A stretch of DNA of 64,000 nt, taken from positions 10,602,001 through 10,666,000 of the forward strand of contig OU015568.1 in assembly GCA_907165135.1 (NCBI GenBank). The letters are read 5' to 3'. Below, one piece after another: positions 25,021 through 36,617 of the stretch. Both the position numbers and the translations under genes were made by a program. Under the pieces are notes generated by a model. That model did not search any database, was not told the DNA's origin, and saw only the letters and a list, made by a program, of their open reading frames with translations. Every line of letters begins with the position of its first letter. The first letter of the stretch is position 1. Origin of the DNA: Oikopleura dioica. Taxonomy: Eukaryota > Animalia > Chordata.

Positions 25021-28000
25021 TTAGACGACTTCGCCGTTGGTCACGATGTACTGGGGCTGTTGGCTGTTCGTCGATGACGCCAAAGTGTAGCACTTAAAAG
25101 TTGTGTCAGTTTAGTATTGTTTGCGTTCATGTATACTTACAGGAAATGCCTGCCCGTTGTGCTCAATGAAAAACTGAGCGGGTTGACTCGTCGGAGCTTG
25201 CTGAATCGAGCAGAAGTCGACTGTAGTTGGCGCAGAAGCTTTGGGAAGTATTTTCTTCCCCTGTTGCCGATCGCGCTATTGGCGATCCTTGACGAAGCGC
25301 GAGTTTTGCGTTGATTTCCCCGCTTTCTCCTCGTCGGAACAACTGGCTGCGGTGCCAACACTGGCGCTTGGATGGTCTGGATTTGCTGCGTTGGGAGGGC
25401 CAGAGCGTGCCCAGAATTCATCATCAATGTACCGAGATCGTTGCGGTTCGAAATGAGTACAATTTGGCCATTTGGTTGTTGAATTACTTGGCCGATGACG
25501 GTTTGAGTCGCTGGAGCTTCATGAATTTGGATCTTAGCCGGCACTTGTTGGGGGTTTTGCTCGACGAAGATTGTCGACGACTGTGAGTAGACAACGCTAC
25601 TGTGACCTGAAACCGACATTTAGAACTTGTTATTGAAAAAGAAACTTACTGGAGTTGCTTGTTTCAAATTGAACTTGAGGATCATGACTATCGGACATCG
25701 TCTTGTTCGAAAGGCCAGATTGGTCCGAAAAGCTGAGATGCGGAAAGGCAGAGTTGAATTTTTTTGTCGGAAGAAATCGAGTCCTCGAGGGACGATTCAT
25801 TCAGTGCACTGTTGAACGCTTGCGAGAGAAGATCATCGCGAGATGTTCTTTGTGGAGATGGAGCTCGCAAAACAGGCTGATCGGATCCGGAACCGTTTTC
25901 CACGTCTTCTAGCGGATCGAAGTTCGGACCGAACGTGAAGCCTGGTGGAGCTGATTGCGCCGAGTCTTCTTCGATTAAATTGTCCGACATTAGACTTTGA
26001 AACGAATGAGTAATTTAAGAAAATGGTGCTTAGTTTACCTGATTCCATTGAATGTTGCATTCCTTGCTCTTGGATTCGTTAGGAAATCCGTCGAGACAGG
26101 TTGATGGCAATCTAGTGATATCAATGACGAACTTGTTGGAGCAGTTAGTTGATGATGGTTCTGCGAATTTGAGTGATGAGAGCTGGAATTTGAATTTGAG
26201 GTCTCTTCTATCACCCTGAAGTCGGGCGTGCTCGTGCTCTGAAAATCATGATAAAAAATAATTTAGTTATTGTTGATTACATGAGCGCTCCATTGAATGA
26301 AAGCAGAATTCGGATTCGCTGGCATTGATTGACTGTTAAGTGTGTCCTGCACCAAGCTCTGTTCCAATATCTCCGTCTTGCAGATTTCGGACGTTGGCGT
26401 CGTAATTGCTCGGAAGGGAATGCCGCTATCGGAATGGCCATTCGGCGTTGAGGCGGTGATTTGCGTCGAGTTATGCAATGGCACTGGTTGATGCGGCGTT
26501 GTTGGAGTGATGTCGGACATGAAACTGCCCAGGCTATGCCGGGTGTCCTCGTCGTTGATGGGAAGATCGATCCAGTTTTGATGGCTGGGGGTACTGTGAG
26601 AAACAGCACTGGCAGTAGTTTTCTCCGGAAAAGGGTTCCCAAACGATTGTTCTATGATTCATTAACTTTTTGCTACAATCATAGACACTTACCAGGATCT
26701 TTGGGCTTTTCAGGCAGTGGATTTCCGCCATTCGCTTCGGTCTCCCGCTTCTGAGTTTCCCGTGCCTTCCACTTTTGATATTTGTATGGAATTGGCTTGT
26801 CTTTGTGTTTGTCTATAAAAAAAAGATCAGCAAAATATTCTCAAGAGGGATTACACCACCTTTACAATGCTTGAGTAACTTTGTCCTGTGCGCGTATTCC
26901 ATTACACAATATGGGCATTTATGTGGGATTTTTTGCGTTTTCTTCACTACACTTACCATCGCCACTTCTTTATCCGCTATCAGGAGCGTTGGAGGAAGTT
27001 CCCTGGGAGCGATTAAGAACCAGCGAGTAAAATGGAAGTGGATACCTATTTGGATGGCACTTTTGAATGTGCTCGCGCCGCTTCCCCGAGGATAAATACT
27101 TTCTGTCACAATATGGACACATCCAATTTTTTTCTTCCTCGAACATTTCGACTTTCAATACTTTACACTTGGAGATGTCCATTTCGGGGTGACATTTCGT
27201 TATATGCAGTATTAGCATTCCTCGCTAAAATACCAATTTCGACCTTGCTCAAAACGCTAGAATCTTACCTTCATAAAGCCTGTTCTACAACCAGGACAGG
27301 GGTACTTATAATTTAAACAGCCATTTGAAGGCGGCCTTTTTCGATGCTTCTCGGTCATGTGACGGTTGAGATGCTCTTCACTCGCAAATCTACTTGGACA
27401 AGATTCGCATAAGTACTGAGGGCCCTAAAAGACGTGTGGAATCATGAAAATCGGAAGGAAATCAACCTCATGTGGCTCTGTGTGTTGAGTCATGTGGATG
27501 AGCATCTTCTTATTCGTCGGAAACTCCTGATCGCATTGCGTACAAGAAAAGCTCTTTCTCGTTTGCTTAGGCTTTGAAGGCGCAGGGCTTTGCTCAACTG
27601 TTGGCTCAGGGAGAGGGCATGAAACGGGGCATTCTTCGTCGAGCAAGACGACGTGACGATCCTCAGTCAAAGCCGTCTTCACGACTTCCTCGTTCTCAGG
27701 AGTTTCATCGCTTTTCAGAACTAGCTCGACTGTTTTTTCGTTTTCTTGGTCGACAGATGCCGTGAGTATTTGCGATGACATGGGAGGGCTAAATGAGGTC
27801 ACCTTCAAAGTCAACTGAGGTCACTTTTACCATATCGAAGGCGGAGTAGGCGAAAGAGTCAGGAAACTGAGATTTTGATTTGGCGAGTTGTTCTGTGGCA
27901 GTGAAGAAGAAGTAACTGTATTATCGGTGTTTAAGTTATCAGTGCTTGTTGGTTGTTTATAGGCCGTCGGAGGAGACGGGAGGCTCGTTTCTTGGAAGTG

Positions 28001-28036
28001 GAAAACGCGTTTTTTCGGTGGCACCATGGCGCTCAT
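25021..28036 (-). CDS. Multi-C2H2 zinc-finger protein with low-complexity Q/S/T-rich regions
   Basis: Fingers include CTQCDQEFPTNKKMLIHMTQH, CPYCDRKYLSSGKRREHIQKCH and CPYCVMEYAHRTKLLKH. The start is MSAMVPPKKR. The gene end and whether this is a single gene are approximate. Confidence 0.7.
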
Positions 28037-28360
28037 TTCTGCGCTAGAAACATTTTAGAGTCTTGTTCAGCAGAAGAGTCAGGCACATACAGACATCTCT
28101 TTCCTAAAGAATCACGTGATGAGTTTGTGCCAGGCCGGGTTGGAGAAGTTTTGGCCATCTGTGGGAGGAATACTCAAGATCGAGAAATCTACATTGATTT
28201 GCTCATCGAGTCTTGTCTTTGCTAATTATTGAGCTTGTTCCGATCCGATTTCAATCGCAGTATCTGTTCTGAAGAAAGGATGGTGAGGAGAAGGCCTTTA
28301 TACTGTGTAATGGCAGTGAAAACAAAAAGGGGCAGGTGATAATGTGGGAATGAGCGAAGT

Positions 28361-30520
28361 CTAATAGTGAGCTTTGAAAAATATGGTGAGTTGCTTTTTC
28401 ATCGCGGGAGTGAGATAATTCTTGTCGCGGACGACTCCTTCGATGCCGTGTTTCAGGTTGTGAAGGTGCCCGACGTCCTCAGCGAGTTTGACTGCTTTGG
28501 AGAGGGTCATGCCATGGAAGCACTGGAATAGATTGATCATCTGCTCATGCTTTGTATGAGGCTTTCTACGTTCAGCAGCAGCCTGCAGTTCCCCAAGAGC
28601 GATGTCATCTTTCTGTGACTCTTTGAAATTTTTGATGTGTTTTGCCATTTCGCGGAGCATGGCGCAAGTTTCTGTCATTGATTCTGTAAACACAAGCTTG
28701 AAGTGATTGTAGAAAGCGATGTTGGCGATGCCTTGGGTGACAGTCGAAAAAGGCATGTGACCTGTGTGGCGCTTGTATTCTAGCAAGAGTTTTTAGAGGG
28801 AAAATGGAACGGGAAAATCACCAATGAGGAAAAAGGGAGTGTAAGTGGCAGTTTGATTCAGCCTTTTTTTCTGGTCTTTATATCTGTTGTCTTTGATCGA
28901 TGCGGCGAGATCATCGATTCGCTTTCTTTCAACTGAAATAAAAGAAATTACCGTAAGTTAATCGAGCTCTGCATACAGCAAGGAGCAGCATCGATTATTC
29001 AATTGCCAATCATCGGGATCACAATACTATTCAAGCAACCTTGAGTAGCAGTGATTGAATTTGCCTATCACAAACTAATAAATCTATTTCTAAATTTTAG
29101 TGGATTCTTTGAAAATATCTTTGACAGGAAAATATTACTCACGCATGATAGTTACAACATCCCCGCGGCAAAAGCAGAAATCCGAAATTGCTAGTGTTCT
29201 TAATTCACGGTTGAAATTGCATGTTTGTAAGGATTCGTAGAAGTGCATACAATACACGACATCAGACTTATTTTTAAAACAACAAATTTTTCTCAGCAAA
29301 TAACTTGTGCATTGAAATTCATCAAAATCTCAACGATTTCAACCCTTTCCTGTGATTGAAAATAAACTCATTCTGTGGAATCTTCTCTAAAATCCATTTG
29401 CTCACTTTATCCTCATTATAAAAAAGCGCTTACCAAGCATTTCCTTGAGCTTCTTTTTCCCACGTCCAACGCCACTTATTTCGCGATTATCCACAACAAG
29501 TGTTACTTCTGGACCAAAAATACCCTTAGACCCAGAGTTCGAATGGGTTGGCTGAGTGAAATTCTGGGTCATGGGCTGGGTTGGCCCGACAAGGTCTTTT
29601 GGGGCGGTGAACTTCTTTGGGGCTCGCTTGGGTGCGGGTGGCTAGGGGCTTGTTTACTCATTTTGAAAGAAACGTAAAGATACACTATTTTCGTGGAAAT
29701 AAAGGTCAATAGAAGACTCACCTGGAGTAAATTATCATGGACGTCGACCCATGACTGGGGGATGTCCCCAACGATCTGGGCAAGCTTTGCTTTCTCAAAT
29801 TAGGTTGCTAATCTATAAAACATACATCTATTATTATCTCTTGATATCTTTTGATTATAAAGATTGAGTGAAAAAAACAACCCGTGCCGATATTTTATGT
29901 TCCTCAGCAAACTGTCTGTGCAACTCGTCAACTTCGGCGCAAATCTTGTCGCCAAAACCGTCCAAAACGACCAGCTCTTTCGCCGTCATGAACGGAATCG
30001 GGTACTTCTTTATGCTCCTCAAGCATTTTGTGTAGGTCGAGGCGAAGTTTTTGTTTCCTAAAAAGTTTGTTTTTCTTCGATTTTGGAAAAAGTTTACGGC
30101 AGCGAAAGAATCCGCCGAACTCGGTTGACCATCTGATTATCTCCACAAGAGTAATAAGAGCTAACTCGACCGAAAAAAATCTTCTTCAAATTTCAGAACC
30201 AGTCAATATTTTCCATATTTATAAGATACATGAATGTCAGTTTATTATAAATAAACTAATCTATATCGCCAAAAGCTTCAATAAATATAGGTTTTTAACC
30301 ATTGCAAATTGTAATTTATTGATAAATTCACTTTTCTAATAACGACTAATAATTATTATTGATTTATTATTGAATAATATTAATTACTATTATAAATAAT
30401 TCCTTGGCTCCAATTTTAACATAATAAAGGGCCCGTTTTTAATCATTTTGAACCTTTCTCTTCAGCGTCCTTTTTGAGCTGGAGGAGGTATTCGACCCAG
30501 AGAGCATTTGGAGACTCCAT
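28361..30520 (-). CDS. MUS81: Crossover junction endonuclease MUS81, multi-exon
   Basis: N-terminal MESPNALWVEYL...KCLRSIKKYPIPFMTAKELVVLDGFGDKIC (HhH). ERCC4 domain LVVDNRE...LAISDF...LERKRIDDLAASIKDNRYKDQKKRL. C-terminal (HhH)2. Confidence 0.9.
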
Positions 30521-31079
30521 TTTATTTTTTCTAAATTGGTTCTTTCTCAAAAGAGCTCAGAGTGGTTCGATCTGGAGCAGAGCTTGTGGCGCAAACTGGT
30601 CTAGCAGCCAATCAACGCGCCCCTTTTCTGAATGCATTACGTAACGCAAAAAATTCATCCCTTTTTTCACTTTCTAGAGCTGCGACCAATCACATGCAGT
30701 ACACGCCCAGATTCTAGAGAATTCATAAAACAAGAAAATTGCCGTTATGAATGAAAATCGTGAATTTTCGACGCTTCGTTGTTGATTTCAATTTTCGAAG
30801 CGAAAAACAAGAAAAAATTTTTGACGCTCGGATGAATTTTAAAGAAATTGGCGGAGCGCGAAGATCGAGGGTCTAATCCTTTTCTAACTCTCTCTCACGG
30901 AATTTTTCTATTCAATGAATTTTCTTTCATCTTTTTTTTCTGCCCTTCAATGACCTTTCAATTTCAATCAGTTTCGAGTATCTAATCCCTCAATTATTTC
31001 CTAAATTCTAGATTTGGCTCTTTCCTTTGAACGAGTCACAACTTTTGAATGGAACTTGGCTCCGCAACCTGGTTAGAAA

Positions 31080-31156
31080 ACCTGAGTCAGGGTCCGAAAG
31101 CGCTTTTTTTATCTATTCGGCACGGAAAAAAGCCGCTTTCAGACCCTGACTCAGGT
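31080..31156. repeat. Short hairpin (23-bp arms, 1 mismatch), probable tiny MITE
   Basis: ACCTGAGTCAGGGTCCGAAAGCG at 31080-31102 pairs with CGCTTTCAGACCCTGACTCAGGT at 31134-31156. The core GACCCTGACTCAGG recurs at 22802-22815. Confidence 0.7.
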
Positions 31157-31393
31157 ATTCTGTATAGGTCGGTAACTCAGGTCTTTGACTAACTTAAAAT
31201 TATCTAACAAAATAAACACTCCCCCTTTTGATTACTCGGGTTAAAGTTCTTTCGGAGCGTTATTTAGAAAAGTAATATTTATTTTTGCATTTGGACGATT
31301 TGTTCAAATATTGACCCTCTGTTTGCCACAGTTCTCTTTCTCCGCTCTGAAATTCTTCCTTTGAAAAACTCTTGTTTTTGTAGATAAGTGAAG

Positions 31394-33900
31394 ATGTTTC
31401 GTCAATCGGTTCGAAATTTGGCGACGAAGAGAATTGACAAGATCCTCATCGCGAACAGAGGAGAGATTGCATGCAGAGTTATCAGATCCGCCAAGAAATT
31501 AGCCATCAAGGTAGATTTTAAGCAAAAAATATTCTTGGCAAATCATATTATCATAGACAGTCGCAGTCTATTCTGATGTTGACCGTGATTCCATGCACGT
31601 CAAAATGGCCGACGAAGCCTTCCACATTGGCGGCGCCGCGTCAGCTGACTCTTATCTCCGAAAAGACAGAATCCTCGATGTTTGTAAACGCACTGGAGCC
31701 CAAGCTGTCCACCCCGGCTACGGATTTCTTTCTGAAAACGCCGAGTTTGCCGATTTGCTCGCTGAAAACGGAGTGATCTTCATCGGCCCAAGCACTGAAG
31801 CTATTTTGGACATGGGAATTAAATCTAAATCGAAGCATATTATGGACGAAGCCGGCGTCCCAATTATTAAGGGATACCATGGCGATCAGCAAGATGATGC
31901 GACGCTCCTTGCCGAATCAAGAAAAATCGGATTTCCAGTCATGCTCAAAGCCATCATGGGTGGTGGTGGAAAAGGCATGCGTATTTGCATGAACGAGGGT
32001 GAATTCCAGTCCCAGCTCGACTCTGCGAGACGAGAAGCTCTTCAGGGCTTTGGAGACGACAGAATGCTCGTGGAAAAGTTCGTCGAAGATCCTAGACACG
32101 TTGAGGTTCAAGTCTTTGGGGACAACTACGGCGATGCTGTCTACTTGTACGAAAGAGATTGCTCCGTCCAGCGAAGACATCAAAAGGTCCTCGAAGAAGC
32201 TCCAGCGCCAGGAATCTCCTGGGACACTCGACGAGCCATTGGTGAAGCAGCTGTTCGAGCGGCAAAGGCAGTGAACTATTCCGGCGCTGGAACCGTCGAG
32301 TTTATTATGGACAAGCATGAGAACTTCTACTTTATGGAAATGAACACTAGATTGCAGGTCGAGCATCCTGTCTCTGAAATGATCACTGGACAGGATCTCG
32401 TCGAGTGGCAGATTCGAGTTGCTAGAGGTACTTTTGGGCTCTGCCAAAAGTAGGTTTTGATTAATTTAGGTGAGAAAATCCCTCTGAAGCAAGAAGATAT
32501 TCAACTGAACGGTCACTCCATTGAAGCTCGAGTCTACGCTGAAGATCCTGAAAATGGTTTCCTCCCTGGTGCTGGCAAGCTTGTCTACTTGAAGAATCCT
32601 GAAGATGACGAACACACTCGAGTTGAGACTGGAGTCCGAACTGGCGATGATGTCTCGCAGTACTACGATCCTATGATCGCCAAATTGGTCGTTTGGGGCA
32701 ACGATCGACAGGAACGGAATTTGACAGAAAATACCATAAGAGCCTTTGATAGCCATCTTGTTAGTAGTTTCGTACCACAGGTATCGGCGGTACCAAGGTG
32801 TTGGTACGGTTATTGCACGGTGGCGAATCACCATTGTTGATTTTCCATGTCGCTAGTAGGACCGTAACTCGCGTCAAAAGTTTTATTATTTTTTGTAGGC
32901 CTGTCGGACTAGCTGACCGGGCCCGTATTCTCTGAAACTGTTTATTCCGGAAAAGGAAGCACTCGATCGGCTGACGGAAAAACTCTCAGACTACCATGTC
33001 GTCGGCCTTCCAACGAACTTGAAGTTCTTGAAGCGATGTGCACTTTCTAAGGATTTCCAGGAAATTAACTTGGACACTGGATTCATTGAGCGAAACGAAG
33101 CTGATCTGATTCCAAAGACGATGGCTCCCACCAACGAGGCTATTGTCACATCTGCACTTATTAGATCTTTCCGGTAAGAGAAAGAACATTCGATGAGGAA
33201 TACTAAAGCTCTTTCAGAGAACCACTTGCATCGACAAATCCCTTCGATACTTTGATCAACTGGAGATCAAACATGCCAACAGTCGAAAAATTCTCATTCA
33301 ACGCTCTTGGTGAAACTTATGAAGCTAACATGACCTCCCTTGGCTCGAATCACTTCAACGTCCAAGTGGGTGGACAAAACTACGACTCAAGAATTGTCAA
33401 AAAAGAGCATGGATTCACTGTTGAAATCAATGGAGTCAGAGCACATGTTTCCCACTTCGAAGAAAATAACGAGTGAGTAGTTCTTCTTTTTTGCTTATTT
33501 TAACAATCCGTAGGTTTCATTTGTTCACCGCCGATGGACCCGTTGTTCTTGAAATTCCAAAGCCAAAATATTCCAAGTTGACAGAAGGAGGAGCTAGTGA
33601 TGGCGATGCCGTCGCTCCAATGACCGGTACTATCACGCAAGTCATGGTCAAAGCTGGTGACACTGTTGCTGCTGGTAAATAACTCTGATCAATTTCAATT
33701 CTTACCCATTTCAGGCGATATCTTGATGACTATGGTCGCGATGAAGATGGAGCATACAATTAAGGCCCCTAAGGATGGTGTTATCAAGCAAGTTATTGGT
33801 ATTGAAGGAGAGGTAAAACAGTTAATTTTGCGAGTATTAGTGCTTACTTACATTTTAGACCGTCGACAGAAAAGCATTACTCGTCAAATACGAAGAATAA
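31394..33900 (+). CDS. MCCC1: 3-methylcrotonyl-CoA carboxylase alpha subunit (biotin carboxylase plus biotinyl domain)
   Basis: [62 protein letters not shown], and the AMKM biotin site. Confidence 0.95.
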
Positions 33901-34189
33901 ACCTCAAGTTCCTCATAATCCACGCGTTAATATAATTATAAACTTACAGTAAATGGAGTGCCCGTTCTCAAGTCCTGATTACAATATTCATAAAGAGCTT
34001 CTTTTTTATAATTCAACTATTTATTTCAACTGAAAAGTTCAGCCATTCAAGATACCAAATACGAATAAAATAATTTATACACATCGACATTTGTAATTGT
34101 TTGATTGGAGTTTTGTTGATTCTTCGCATATACGAACGCAGGGCATCGTATTTTGTGCAAGACGAAATAACGAGAAAGTAATTTAAAAG

Positions 34190-34633
34190 ATGGAGCCCGT
34201 CACGATAGGTACGAAACGCGCATAATCGGGTGAGTTAATGACAATTTTAAAGGTGTCTGGAGCATTTATGGAGCGTTTTTCGCATTGCTGATGGTAGTAG
34301 CAGGAGTTTCATGCTATGCAAAAAGACAGCTTGCCAAAAGAGGTGTTGTGAATCCGATCCATCCGGCTTCCACTGGTAAAGTTTGTTTATAATCAGCTTG
34401 CCACGTAACTTTACAAATCAAAGAGCCCTTTTCTGACCCTGGAATTGAAATATTCTGTGATGAGGAAGATGAAGTCATCTGGAGTGTTGAAAATCCTCTT
34501 AGGACTTGTTAGAAATATACGAGACAAACAAATCGTTTCAATTTTCTAACAGTAAAGCAGAATCAACGAAGACAACGAAAACGAAGCCATGGAGAAAAGC
34601 TCAGAAGATCAAAAGCTGAAGACTGAAGCCTAA
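34190..34633 (+). CDS. Small single-pass membrane protein (hypothetical)
   Basis: Spliced MEPVTIGVWSIYGAFFALLMVVAGVSCYAKRQLAKRG... followed by acidic exons. The exon joins were inferred by eye. Confidence 0.45.
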
Positions 34634-34761
34634 TTAACATGTTTATTTCAAAAATAAATTTATCTCTAGAACTGTTTCTTGAGTGCACTAGTTTTGATAA
34701 GCTCGTAACAGAAAATTGATAAGCTCAAAATTCTCTGTGCGAGTCGAAACAAAGGATAAAT

Positions 34762-35301
34762 ATGGATGTAACTGGCATTGAAGAGAACGAAGACACGGTA
34801 AAAATGAAATTTTCATAGATTCCTATCTTATGTTCATTATCATAGGCTTCGATCGGATTGCCAATACCAAGCGCCAGAATCAATCCTGAATCTTTTGCAT
34901 ATGTAAGTTCAATTGCAAGGATCTATTAATTCAAAAAACTTAAGGTTCTCTCGTGTAAAGAAAATTACCGGGAACTCTCCGATGATGAAAGCGAAGAGTC
35001 CGATGATGAGGAAGATGATGAAGCGCCAGATGGTCTGAAAGACACGAGTGTCTTCAAATGCCCACAACCACCTCCCGAGGTTCAAGCAGAAATAAGCAGA
35101 TATTATCGTCAATTGTGGACCAACTTTTTTCTCAACAAAGAACCTCGCAGAAGAAAATACAAAGAGAAGAAGTTAAAACTGTTCGGTTACACAAGGACTG
35201 AAGCAATCATGAGCGGCATGTGGTGGACTCTCTTTGGAGTCAGTATGTACTTTCATTACAGAGCCGCCCGTTATCTCTACCAAAAATATCTGTGCAAGTA
35301 A
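34762..35301 (+). CDS. Small acidic protein with a C-terminal hydrophobic segment (hypothetical)
   Basis: The open frame ELSDDESEESDDEEDDEAPDG...MSGMWWTLFGVSMYFHYRAARYLYQKYLCK* is clear. The phases of the upstream exons are unresolved. Confidence 0.45.
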
Positions 35302-35820
35302 TTAATTAAATCTATTTAAAATTAAGAGTAAATACTCGTCATGTTTTTTCGCTCTTTTTCATAAAAAAACAGTAGTGTTTTGATAGAAGAATTAGTGATT
35401 TTGAGAGGCCGGGACTCTTGTGCAGGTATTTACCTGTCTCGAGCAGTGATAAGCTATCTTCGCGTTACCGGTTGGCGCAGCGGGAGTGCAGAAACGGTGT
35501 GAGACTTGGCGCCGGAGACGCTATCTCGGCGGGTAGTGATAAGAAAAACTAATAGTCACTTGCTGACCGGGCTACTATTTTCGAGATTTCCCCTCGGGTT
35601 TGATAACAAATAAATTGCAAGCGAGTTTCCCAGCATTTTTCAGTAAAGAAATAGAAATATGCATGAACGAGAGGATTTAGCGCGAGGTAGAGCTGATCGC
35701 AGCTAGACAAAGTGGTTGTTTTCAGCGCCGTCTCAACGCTAAATCGAGCCGGTTCCACTCGACGTGATACTGATAACAACAGCTTTCGTGCATTTTTCGG
35801 TTTTGCTCGAAATTTGCGTA

Positions 35821-36617
35821 CCGTCGTTTTCCATCTTTAGAGCGATTTTCAGATGACAAGGGTAGACCAAAACGCTCTTAAGGGGGTAGAAACAGCTTTT
35901 TTCGAAAAAGGACCATTTTTGACCAGCGCTACAGACAAGAGAATCTTACATTTTCAATTTTTCTCTTCATATATAGATAGATACATCTTAGATCTAGGAA
36001 CATCTCCCTCAAAATTTGTTTTAGTCATCAAATTTTTGAGTAAGCGGGCTCAGAAGCAGCTCATCTCTCCGAAATTCTCGATTTTCGCCAATTTTCAAAC
36101 ACGAATATCTCGAGTCCCCTGATAGTTAAACAAATTTCATTCACATTTTTGTGAAGCTCAACCCTTTTTCTAGGAACATTTATGAGGAAATTCCGTGAAC
36201 ATAAATAAATCTTATACTTTCTTTTATGTAGCAGCAGTCCAAAATCGAGAAAGCTGTTTCTACCCCCTTAAGTTGGAAAATTTACGATCAAACTAGGATA
36301 ACAGTGGGAAAAAAATGATGAATGAAAATGCATAAAATGAATTTTTTCCAAAACTCTAAAACTGCATCTGAGGTCATTTTTACCTATTTATGATAAAAAA
36401 ATTACGATCTTTGAATCAGAGGCTATGATTTCACCTGAAAAAAGCGTAGAAAACAATTTTTTTCAATGATTTTTCAGGTTGAAATAAACGATATTCTAAT
36501 TATTAATTAAAAATTCCTAAAAACGCTCTAAAGTTGGGATTTTTTCAGATGACAAAATATGGAAAATATTGGCAAAAACGCTCTTAAGTTGGGCGCTCTT
36601 AAGATGGAAAACTACGG
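35821..36617. mobile_element. Tc1/mariner(pogo)-type MITE with TA TSD
   Basis: 24-bp TIRs CCGT(C/A)GTTTTCCATCTT(T/A)AGAGCG with 2 mismatches, flanked by TA at 35819-35820 and 36618-36619. Confidence 0.85.
35882..36267. mobile_element. 386-bp MITE with TTAA TSD, nested in the previous element
   Basis: Perfect 18-bp TIR GGGGGTAGAAACAGCTTT, with TTAA at 35878-35881 and 36268-36271. Confidence 0.85.
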
